A program made the position numbers and the translations under genes. This document shows, piece by piece, positions 13,752 to 23,811 of a DNA stretch of 64,000 nucleotides. Each line of letters begins with the position of its first letter. Within the stretch, counting starts at the first letter, position 1. Location: positions 3,224,001 through 3,288,000 of the forward strand of contig JBHGNT010000018.1 of assembly GCA_043228905.1 (NCBI GenBank), in the 5' to 3' direction. The stretch is from Azolla caroliniana. Its lineage: Eukaryota; Plantae; Polypodiophyta. The notes under the pieces are model-generated. The model saw nothing but the letters and a program-made list of their open reading frames with translations. It was not told the DNA's origin and did no database searches.

Positions 13752-16700
13752 ATGGAAGGCGGCAGCAGCGGGCAGCCGGGGATGATGGTGCTGAATGCGC
13801 AGAACTACGCCGACTGGAAGATAAAGATGGAGGATCTGCTCATTGTTCGGGACCTGTATGAACCGATCGACAGGTCGGAAATACCCAAGGGGGTACTTGA
13901 GACGGAGTGGAGGCTTCTGAACCGGAAAGCCGTTGCAAACATTCGGCAATACGTCGACGTGAGCGTTCTACAACACGTGGCGAACGACACCAACGCATAT
14001 GAGATGTGGAGGAAGCTGTCGGGCCTCTACGAGAGGAAGAATGCGTTGAACCGGACCTCCCTGATGAGAAAGATAGTGAACCTCAAGTACCGGGACGGCG
14101 AGAGTATGGTGGAACACGTAAGCACGTTCATGGGATTCGTGAACCAGCTTGCGGCGATCAAGTTCCCGTTGGAGGATGCAATGCAAGCCATCATCCTGAT
14201 GTGTACATTGCCGGACAGCTGGGAGAACTTGGTGGTGACTCTCAGCACCTCCTGCGCCGAAGATAACTTGTCCCTACAAACGGTAAAGACAAGTATTTTG
14301 AACGAAGAAGCGCGTCGGAGAGATAAAGAACCGGTCTCCGACTCGAAGGCGCTGCTTACCGAATCGGAACGGGGAAGACAATGGAACCGGAGTCCGCAAA
14401 GACGGGAGAAGTCGGGTACCCGGTCGCAGTCAAGAGGAAGACCCACATGCTTCCACTGTGGGAAGCCGGGGCACTTCCGGAAGAATTGTCGGCATTACCG
14501 AAAAGACAACGGAGCCGGCGACACCGATTCGAAGATGTCACCGGAGCGAAACGGCGCATACCGAGGAGCCACGGACCGGAGAGGTCCGGATCGGCGAGGG
14601 CAGGATCGGAAAGGAACGACGGCACTCGCGGCAAGTGAAGAAGAGATAATGCTCATTACCGAAGAAAGGGAGCTGAACCTTGCCGGTGAAGAGATGACCT
14701 GGGTGGTCGATTCCGGAGCGTCGTTCCACCTGACCCCGGAGAAGAAATACTTCTCATCCTACACAGCTGGTGAGCACGGCTGTGTCCGGATGGGAAATGA
14801 AGGTACATGCCGGATTGCCGGCATAGGAGACGTGTGGCTGATGACATCAACCGGATGCAAGATGCTGCTGAAGGATGTTCGACACGTTCCGGAGGTCCGA
14901 TTGAACCTGATCTCGGCCGGGAGGCTAGACGATGAAGGCTACACGGGTAGCATCCGGAACGGTGTCATGAAGTTCAGCAAGGGGAGCCTGATAGTGGCTC
15001 GGGCCCGGAAGGTCAACACTCTGTACCTGATGAATTCCCGGCTATGTCCGGAGGAGCTGAACGTGGCAGCCGACACTGCCGGTGAGCTGTGGCACAAGAG
15101 ACTGTGCCACATGAGTGAGAAGGGGATGAAGAGGCTTGCAGAAGACAACCTTATTCCGGTGAAGCATGTGCACCTGGAGAAGTGCACCGACTGCCTGGCC
15201 GGTAAGCAAAACCGGACCTCCTTCCACTCAAGGCCACCGACGAGACGTAGTGTACCATTGGAGTTGGTGCACACTGATGTGTGTCAGGTAGAAACGAAGT
15301 CACATGGCGGAGCCCAATACTTCGTAACATTCATAGATGACCATAGCCGGAAGTTGTGGACGGCACCGTTGAAGACAAAGGACCAAGTATTGTCCGTCTT
15401 CAAAGAACTCCACGCGAGAGTGGAAAGGGAATCCGGCAAGAAGCTGAAAGCGATACGAGCGGATAACGGAGGGGAATACCGGGGGCAGTTCCAGGAGTAC
15501 TGTCGCTCGAAGGGAATCCGGCTCGAGTTTACTATGCCGAAGACGCCGGAACTGAACGGGCTGGCCGAGAGGATGAACCGGACCATAATGGAGAGGGTCC
15601 GGAGTATGCTGGCGCATGCGAAATTACCCAAGGGATTTTGGGCTGAGGCAATGTCGACGGCGACGTATGTGATAAATAGATCACCCTCAGTACCTTTGGA
15701 CGGAGACACGCCGCAGAAAGTGTGGACCGGTAAGGAAGTGTCCTACCGGCATCTGAAGGTGTTCGGGTGTCTCGCATACGTGCATGTGGCAAAGGACCGG
15801 AGAGGAAAGTTAGATCCAAAGACCCGGCCATGCATATTCCTCGGTTACGGCGACGACGAGTTCGGCTACCGAGTATGGGACCCGGTCGACAAGAAGATAT
15901 TCAGGAGTCGAGATATCATCTTCATGGAGGACAAGACACTCGCCGACTGGGAGTCGGAGAAGAAGATGAAGAGCTCCAAGTCGACCGGTGAGGATAAACT
16001 CTACGAGGAGCAGTCCCGACCGGCAAGGGACCGGTTAGCACTCGAGGATCCGGCCGAAGACGGTGAAGAAACAGAACCGGCCGAGGAAGATGAAACTGAT
16101 ACCGGAACCGGCCCCGATCCCGAAATGGATTCGGATGAAGAGGAAACGGAGCAGCCGGTTACCGAAGCTCCGGAACGGAGATATCCTCTAAGAGAGAGAA
16201 GGGCCCCCCGGAGATTTCCGGAACCAGAGCACGTGCTGCTAACCGACGAGGGGGAGCCGGAGAGCTTTGAAGAAGCAAAGCATGACACCCAGAGCCGCAG
16301 GTGGTTGAGTGCCATGCAGGACGAGATGGATTCCCTGCATGAGAACCACACATATGAACTTGTGGAGTTGCCAAAAGGAAAGCGGGCACTACGAAACAAG
16401 TGGGTGTTCAAGCTGAAACCGGGAGATGCCGGAAACCCCCCGAGATACAAAGCCAGGATCGTGGTGAAGGGGTTCCAGCAAAAGAAGGGCGTCGATTTCG
16501 ACGAGATATTTGCCCCGGTAGTGAAGATGACCTCCATTCGGACGGTGCTGAGCATAGCGGCAAGCATGGACCTCGAGGTAGAACAGATGGACGTGAAGAC
16601 GGCATTCCTTCACGGTGACCTCGAAGAAGAGATCTACATGCAGCAACCGGAAGGATTCGAGAAGAAAGGGAAGGAGCACCTGGTATGCCGGTTGAAGAAG

Positions 16701-17825
16701 AGTCTTTACGGACTGAAGCAGGCTCCCCGGCAATGGTACCGGAAGTTCGACTCCTTCATGACCGACGAAGGGTACCACAAAACGCAGTCCGATCACTGCG
16801 TGTTTGTGAAGAAGTTCGAAGGAGGAGACTCTCTAATACTCCTCCTGTACGTGGACGACATGTTGATCGTCGGACGGGACCAGGGCAAGATACGGATGCT
16901 GAAGAAAGCACTTCACCGAACCTTCTCAATGAAGGACCTGGGTCCGGCGAGGCAAATACTAGGGATGCACATCATCCGAGACCGGAAGAAGAAGCAGTTG
17001 TGGCTGTCACAGGAGAAGTACGTAACAAAGGTGCTTCACCGGTTCAACATGTCGGAAGCAAGACCGGTCAGATCAACTCTCCCAGCAAACTGCAAGTTGT
17101 CCAGCAAGCAAAGCCCCAAGACAAAGGCTGAGAAAGAGGACATGATGAAAGTACCATATGCCTCTGCCATCGGAAGCTTGATGTACGCAATGGTGTGTAC
17201 AAGACCGGACATAGGATACGCAGTCGGAGTGGTGAGCCGGTACATGAGCAATCCCGGCAAGGAGCACTGGAACGCGGTCAAGTGGATACTCCGATACCTG
17301 AAGGGCACGGCAAACGTGTGCCTCCGATTCGGCTCCCGTAAGCCCGAACTCGACGGCTTTACCGATTCGGATATGTCGGCTGATGTAGATACCAGCCGGT
17401 CCACATCAGGGTATGTGATGACGTATGCAAGGGGAGCTGTTTCGTGGCAGTCGAGGCTGCAGAAGACGGTTGCGTTGTCAACCACGGAGGCGGAGTACAT
17501 GGCGGCTGTTGAAGCCGGCAAGGAAATGATATGGATGAAGGACTTCATCAGAGAGCTCGGTATCCGGCAGGAGGAGTACCGACTCTACTGCGACAGTCAG
17601 AGTGCCATCCACCTTGCGAAGAACGCGGCCTATCACTCCCGGACGAAGCACATCCAGCGAAGATATCACTGGATCCGGGAAAGGATAGAAGACCAGGAGT
17701 TCGTGCTGACGAAGATCCACACGGACGAGAACGGCTCAGATATGCTGACCAAAGTGCTCACACCCGACAAGCTGGAAGCATGCCGGAAGAGGATCGGATT
17801 GGAGAGACATCCCATGCCGAAGTGA
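13752..17825 (+). CDS. Copia Gag-PR-IN-RT-RNase H polyprotein (Tnt1/Tork-like)
   Basis: CFHCGKPGHFRKNC; WVVDSGASFH; LWHKRLCH...CTDC; HTDV/DNGGEY/AERMNRT; KSLYGLKQAPRQWY, YVDD; TDSD...TEAEY...CDSQSA. First ATG after the PBS is at 13752. Confidence 0.97.
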   Translation: MEGGSSGQPGMMVLNAQNYADWKIKMEDLLIVRDLYEPIDRSEIPKGVLETEWRLLNRKAVANIRQYVDVSVLQHVANDTNAYEMWRKLSGLYERKNALNRTSLMRKIVNLKYRDGESMVEHVSTFMGFVNQLAAIKFPLEDAMQAIILMCTLPDSWENLVVTLSTSCAEDNLSLQTVKTSILNEEARRRDKEPVSDSKALLTESERGRQWNRSPQRREKSGTRSQSRGRPTCFHCGKPGHFRKNCRHYRKDNGAGDTDSKMSPERNGAYRGATDRRGPDRRGQDRKGTTALAASEEEIMLITEERELNLAGEEMTWVVDSGASFHLTPEKKYFSSYTAGEHGCVRMGNEGTCRIAGIGDVWLMTSTGCKMLLKDVRHVPEVRLNLISAGRLDDEGYTGSIRNGVMKFSKGSLIVARARKVNTLYLMNSRLCPEELNVAADTAGELWHKRLCHMSEKGMKRLAEDNLIPVKHVHLEKCTDCLAGKQNRTSFHSRPPTRRSVPLELVHTDVCQVETKSHGGAQYFVTFIDDHSRKLWTAPLKTKDQVLSVFKELHARVERESGKKLKAIRADNGGEYRGQFQEYCRSKGIRLEFTMPKTPELNGLAERMNRTIMERVRSMLAHAKLPKGFWAEAMSTATYVINRSPSVPLDGDTPQKVWTGKEVSYRHLKVFGCLAYVHVAKDRRGKLDPKTRPCIFLGYGDDEFGYRVWDPVDKKIFRSRDIIFMEDKTLADWESEKKMKSSKSTGEDKLYEEQSRPARDRLALEDPAEDGEETEPAEEDETDTGTGPDPEMDSDEEETEQPVTEAPERRYPLRERRAPRRFPEPEHVLLTDEGEPESFEEAKHDTQSRRWLSAMQDEMDSLHENHTYELVELPKGKRALRNKWVFKLKPGDAGNPPRYKARIVVKGFQQKKGVDFDEIFAPVVKMTSIRTVLSIAASMDLEVEQMDVKTAFLHGDLEEEIYMQQPEGFEKKGKEHLVCRLKKSLYGLKQAPRQWYRKFDSFMTDEGYHKTQSDHCVFVKKFEGGDSLILLLYVDDMLIVGRDQGKIRMLKKALHRTFSMKDLGPARQILGMHIIRDRKKKQLWLSQEKYVTKVLHRFNMSEARPVRSTLPANCKLSSKQSPKTKAEKEDMMKVPYASAIGSLMYAMVCTRPDIGYAVGVVSRYMSNPGKEHWNAVKWILRYLKGTANVCLRFGSRKPELDGFTDSDMSADVDTSRSTSGYVMTYARGAVSWQSRLQKTVALSTTEAEYMAAVEAGKEMIWMKDFIRELGIRQEEYRLYCDSQSAIHLAKNAAYHSRTKHIQRRYHWIRERIEDQEFVLTKIHTDENGSDMLTKVLTPDKLEACRKRIGLERHPMPK

Positions 17826-17897
17826 AGGGGGAGTTTGTTGGGATTTCGGTCCCTCCGGATGGGATGTCCGGAGATGAATGACGGCAAGCCCGGTTGC

Positions 17898-18126
17898 GGT
17901 TACGGAGCCGGATGACGAAGACCCTGGCTACGGAGCCGGATGATGAAGACCCCGGCTACGGAGCCGGATGATGAATACCCCGGCTACGGAGCCGGATGAC
18001 GAAGACCCTGGCTACGGTGCCGGATGATGAAGACCCCGGCTACGGAGCCGGATGATGAATACCCCGGCTACGGAGCCGGATGCTGAAGACCCCGGTTACG
18101 GAGCCGGATGACGAATGTACCCGGAG
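17898..18126. repeat. 28-bp tandem array in the A2 3' LTR (8 units)
   Basis: Same unit as in the 5' LTR but a different order and number. Confidence 0.95.
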
Positions 18127-19166
18127 GGAGATCCGGATGCGGGGACATATTTGTGAATATGTTTGCCAAGAGCCCTTGAGGCTATATTTGTAAATAGCCC
18201 GAAAGTCATATGTGTATAAATATGACTTAGGGCAAACAGTTTATGTTGTTGCCCATTTTTCTGTTTTCCACTAAGAGGGAGCGAAGTGAGAGCAACCGAG
18301 AGAGAGTGAGAGAGAAGGAGGAAGGAAGAGGTCGACGCCTCTGTGTAATACCGCCGCCTGCGGCGAGGACAGCGAGCTCAAGGTCGTCGCCTTGCAGCTC
18401 GCCATTGTACATTCCCGCGTATAGTGATAGTTGGAGTCTTGCACTCCCGTGGTTTTTCCCATTTAGGGTTTTCCACGTAAAACATCCAGTGTGCCCTTCT
18501 CTCTATTGTTTTTTCGTGCATTGTTGTATTTCCCGTTTTCTGTGAATCGATCCTGTTCCTCGGTTGTGGCCGAGCACTGTTTTGCTACACATATATATAT
18601 ATATATATACACACAAGTGCAAGTGTGGATTTGAACCTTGCACCTCCAAGTTGAGAGTCTATAGGCTTATCACGAAGCCAAGACATTTTCATGAAATAAT
18701 ATATTTGCCATTATAGTTTTACATGTAAATTCTCATACAAGAGACCTTAAATGAGTGACGTGGTTATCATGCACCACATGTAATACATGAGCGCCAAATG
18801 GCAAACATGCATTTTATGCATGTCTTGTACCCTCAAATACATCAGGGCATCTATAAAAGAGGGGAGGAAAAAGATGAAAGGACTAATGTAAAATTCGTTA
18901 TATCAAAATTAATATTAAGAAGAAAATTTGTTATCCTTTTGATGATATACCTTGTTCTTCAAATCTAAATTCAAGAGTTCAATCTTAATCTCTCTCTCAA
19001 TCTAAAATCAAGCGTTCTATCTTATCTCAATCTCTCTCTCTTTCAATCTATCTTAAATACTTTCTCGCTAAAGGTAGCACCAACTTCGAATCCTTCCGGT
19101 CCAGAACCCCGGTGCTTCCGCCTCACCATCCACGCGTAGTGACGGATCTTCACGACCGTTGGCACC

Positions 19167-20613
19167 TGCGAAGCCATTTGGCTTCGACGACTACTGCAAG
19201 ACCTGTGGATCGAGGTACTGACCTCGATCGTGATCTACTGCGATAACCTCAGCAGCATGCAGCTCGCCAAGAACCCTGTGTTGCATGCTCGCACAAAGCA
19301 CATAGAAGTGCATTATCACTTCGTGCGTGAGCGGGTCCTGAGCGGTGAAGTTGAACTACGGTATGTTCACACAGATCGGCAAGTTGCCGACATCTTCACC
19401 AAGCCGCTCGGGTCAGACAAGTTGCAGCACTTTACCGAAATGCTTGGTGTTCAGCATCTCGACGTGCCGCACTTGAGGGGGAGACGCAAGGGCAAAGACA
19501 CTACCGAAACGGGCAAAGGCAAAAAAACTATTGAACCCGTAAGTAAGAGAAGAACCGGTAGAAGTGGAGACAAGAAGAAAAATGAAGCCGAGTCGACGAA
19601 GGAAGTCGGCACATCCGAACAGGTCGGAGTGAGCGTCTGTGTAGAAGAAGTGTACACTCAGGAAGAGAAGTGCATGCTATGCGGAGGTCATCACGATCGT
19701 AATGGCCATGATGCGGAGTCGAATGAAGAATTCGACTTCGGTGAACCGGCTGAAGAAGCCAAGGGAAGCACGGAGAAGGCCAAGACCAGGACGTGGTCCG
19801 ATGTGGTGAGAGGCTTGAAGCCGAAAATCGAATCGGAGGATACCGATTCGGACAAGAGCTGGAACGAGTCGGAGACAGCCGATTCGGATCAAAAGACGGG
19901 TCCGGATGAGTCAGATCAACGAGAGGCCAAGGAGACATGGACGCAGCGGAAGTCGATGCCATCGCAGAGGAACCGACGGATCGGCAAGCGCCGGAGTCAT
20001 AGCAGCGAAGGAGCTGAGATGGGCCTATTGAGCAGACATGCCGAAGGTCGAGGCGCACAGAACCAAAGGGGTCACGGCAAACGGAACCGGACCGGACAAG
20101 GAGCGCGAGCAAGGCGAAGCGACACCAGGAGAAGTCGGTTGGAAGAACCGGCTGCCACAGAGGTTGACACTACGACCCTACCTCAAGTTGAGCTTGAGGG
20201 GGAGTGTTGAGCGGCAAGCTCAACCGGAGCCAGATCGGCTGAATAAGCCTGAGCCGGTAAGCGAGATGAATCGGTATGCCGGTGAGCAACCGAGCCGGTA
20301 AGTAGTAAGGATCGGTGAGCTGGGGAGCCGGTATGCCGGATCCAATCCGTAACCGGAAGCCTAGTATAGGTTAGACTACTAGGCAGTTATAGTCTCGTAA
20401 TTAGTGTCAGATGCTCGTGTGAGCATTGAAGTACACCGTACTTCTAACAGTCCCGTGTGGACTTGTATAAATAGCGCTGATGAGCGCATTGTAGATACAG
20501 AGCGCAGAGTATTCATATAATTTCGAAGAATAGTGTGTCCTGCTCTCTCTCTCTACTCTCTCTCTCTTCTTGTGTATTGTTCTTTCTAACGCTTCCGCAA
20601 GCAATCTTTAACA
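19167..20613 (+). mobile_element. 3' fragment of copia D (RNase H, extension, LTR 20205-20613) inside the gypsy element
   Basis: CEAIWLRRLLQDL...CDNLSSMQLAKNPVLHARTKHIEVHYHFVRE...ADIFTKPL. PPT CTTGAGGGGGAG followed by TGTTGA...TTAACA. Confidence 0.88.
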
Positions 20614-23600
20614 GGGACTCTTCTCGAAGAAGATACCCAAGCAAATGGGCTTGTGGCAGACTTGGTTGCAGTAAAGCGAGCATGCAATAGGCTCAACAAG
20701 TGTCGTCAGTGGATTGATGACACCGACTTGGCGGGATCGACTGTTGCGGAGAAAACAAGACAACCGAAAGTAGCTGAGACGCCCAAACAAAGTAACCCCA
20801 AAGAAAAGAAGATTGATGACAACATCATTGAAGAACTGGCGAAGAAGTTCGAGACGAAGGGAAAGCTACGAGTTGGAAGGGAGGATTTCCTTCTCCCTGA
20901 AGAGGAGCGAAAGTTTTGTGACATGCTTGAGAGACATGGGAAGGCTTTCTCATTTTTCCCACAAGAAATCAGATGTGTTAATCCAAGGGCGATAGAGCCG
21001 ATGGTGATCTTCACGGTGCCGCATGTACCTTGGAATTTGAAACCGATACCGGTTCCGAGATCACACCTACCGAAGCTGATCGAGCTCTTAAAGGAGAAGG
21101 TGAATATCGGAATTCTGAAACCGTCGAATACTCCTTATTCCAATAGGTGGTTCACGGTGTTGAAGAAGAATGGATCATTGCTATTCATCCAAGATCTTCA
21201 ACCTGTCAACAAGGTGACAATTCGAAATGCCGGAATCGGTCCGAGCGTGGACGAATTTGCCGAGGCGTTTGCGGGCCGGTCCATCTACTCCATTGGCGAT
21301 CTCTACTCCGGATATGACCAATTCCAATTGGCGATCGACAGAGGTGACATTACAACCATGAGGACTCTGATTGGGCTTGTGCGGATGTGTACCTTACCTC
21401 AAGGCGCAACGAACTTAGTGGCTCATATGGTGAATGCCATGAACAAAGTCTTGAAGGATTGTATCTCGGACATCACGATGCCATTCTTGGATGATAAACC
21501 GATAAAAGGATGTTCGGATGAAGAGAAAGATGAATCGAAAGATAAGGAAGGGTGTAGAAAGTATGTCGCAGATCATATGAAAGATTGCGAGAAGGTGCTT
21601 CAAAGGTTCGAAAATGCGAATTTGACATTTTCGGGAGAAAAATCCGTATTCGGGCAACTAGAGATCTTGGTGGTAGGTCACTTGTGTGGAGCATACGGCC
21701 GGAAGCCTTCACCATCCAAAGTGAACGCGATCCAAGACATGAAAGAAGAATGCGAAAACCAAGCGGAGGTTCGAAGGTTCCTTGGAGCATGTGCATTTTA
21801 TCATATCTGGATTCCTCACTACGCTCAAGTCGCCGAGCCGTTATATGGACTACTAAAGAAAATAATGAAGTTTGAATGGCGAAGCGAGCATACAAACGCG
21901 ATGTGAAGATTGAAGAAACTACTTCTTGAAGCTCCAACACTAAGAAAGGCCAACTATACCGAAAGGAAGCCGATTTATGTGATTATAGATACGAGCCCAA
22001 CCGGAATCGGGTGGGTCATCAACCAAGAAGGAGAAGATAATACATGATATTCCATCTGGTTCAGAGCAAAGGTTCTCAGCAAACGGCAACAAAAATACGC
22101 CCAAGTCAAGTTTGAACTTTGGGGTATTGTGTCGGCAGTGAAGACGGACAAAGATTACCTGATCGGGACAGAAGTGATAATAGAGACAGATTGTCTCCCA
22201 ATCCTCGGAATGATCTCAGGATGTGCGACACCAGATCTAGCTATGCTAAGGTGGATCGCTTATATCAAGTCTTTAAACCCAGAGATCCGTCACATTGCAG
22301 GGAAGAAGAACGCCATGGCTGATATGTTGTCAAGGGCAAGATTTGAAAGTGAAAGTGACATGGTTTCGGAAGATGACGACGTCACCCTCGACTTCTTCAA
22401 GATGGCTTGATTATCGACGGAAGACAAGGACACGCTAACCCTCCACACCTTCAACGAGGACGAGTACGAAGGAGAGTGGTTACTGATCAGCAGATTCTTA
22501 AGAACAATGGCGATGGATGCTTCATTGACAAAGGAGGAGGATCTACGAATCCGGAAGAAAACTTATCGATACTTCTTGAAGGGAGGCTTCCTTTGGCGAC
22601 ACCCAAAAAGAAGGGCGGGAATACCACGCCGAGTGGTGGTGAAGAAAGAAGAGCAAGTGACGCTGATGACCAAATTCCACGAGAGTGCTTGGGCAGGTCA
22701 TAGAGGAACATGGGTGATGTTCAAAAAGTTGAAGGAAAAGTACTGGTGGCCAAGCATGTACAAAGATGTACTCCATTTCGTGTTCTCATGCGAAACTTGC
22801 CAAGTACATTCCAACATACGTCATCGTGATGAGCTATGACCAACATACCCGCTCACCATACACTTCAAATGGATGGTTGATCTGGTCTCGATGCTAATGG
22901 GCGTGGGACAAATGAAGTACTTAGTGCTGGCAAGAGAAGACTTAACAAATCAAGTGGAAGGGCATGCCTTGACAAATAAGACAATATCAATTGTTTGCAA
23001 ATTTCTACTTGAAGAGGTTGTCTGCCGATACAAATGTGTGGGGAAGATAGTCGCCGACCGAGGGGAGTTGGACGCACACGAAGCAACGGAGCTTTTCGAA
23101 CGACTAGGCGTGAAGCTCTCCCTCACGACTGCCTACAATCTTGAAGCGAATGGGAAGATCGAGCGAGGGCATGGTCCCATCATCAAAGCAATCATACAAG
23201 CATGCAACGGTCGAGTCGGGAATTGGCCACGACTATTTCCCTATGCCTTGTGGGCCGACAGAACGACACACAACTCGGTGATAGGGTATATGCCAATGGA
23301 GCTTATGTATGGACAAAAGCCGATGATGCCCATCGAAAGGACGATCACCTCATGGGTAGCGATACCATGGGAGAACGAGATGAGCCGAGAGGAATTATTA
23401 GCGGCACAGATAAGGCAACTTGAAAGGAGACCTGAAGATCTAGAACACGCGTGAAAAATGATGGAGGCAGCCCGAGTGAAGAACAAAACTCGGTTCGACA
23501 AGACGCATCGACTACGTCCTAAGAGGATCGAAGAAAAAGATTGGTTATTTGTCTACGACAGCAGCCTTGACAATCAACATAGTACAACAAGAAAGTTCGC

Positions 23601-23811
23601 AAGAAGATGGTTCAGACCGTATGTGGTGATAAGTGCCAACGACAATGCCACATACCACCTTGCGGAGCTAGATGGATCAAGGTTGACCATACCCATTGCG
23701 GGAAAAAGAGTAAAGGTTTTCAAGAAAAGAAAAGACGAGGATCCAGACCTCGATCACCTCAACGATGAAGATGGTACGACGGATGTGAATGAAGACGTGG
23801 AGGAATCTGAT
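20614..23811 (+). pseudogene. Gypsy pol (RT-RNase H-integrase), interrupted by stops
   Basis: RT: DLQPVN, DLYSGYDQF, LPQGATN, PFLDD, VRRFLG. RNase H: DTSPTG, ETDCLP, KNAMADMLSR. Integrase: H-x5-H...CETCQ, ADRGE, NGKIERGH, plus a GPY/F-like tail. Confidence 0.92.

Larger units (their letters stand above)
12924..18589 (+). mobile_element. Intact copia element A2; LTRs 12924-13720 and 17836-18589
   Basis: TSD CATAT on both sides, within a (TA)n tract of the gypsy LTR. PBS TGGTATCAGAGC at 13724. PPT GAAGGGGGAGTT. Uninterrupted ORF. Confidence 0.97.

Noticed and set aside
14000-17900. Many antisense and alternate-frame ORFs over the copia polyproteins
   Set aside because: Expected shadow ORFs in GC-rich coding sequence, with no independent motifs.
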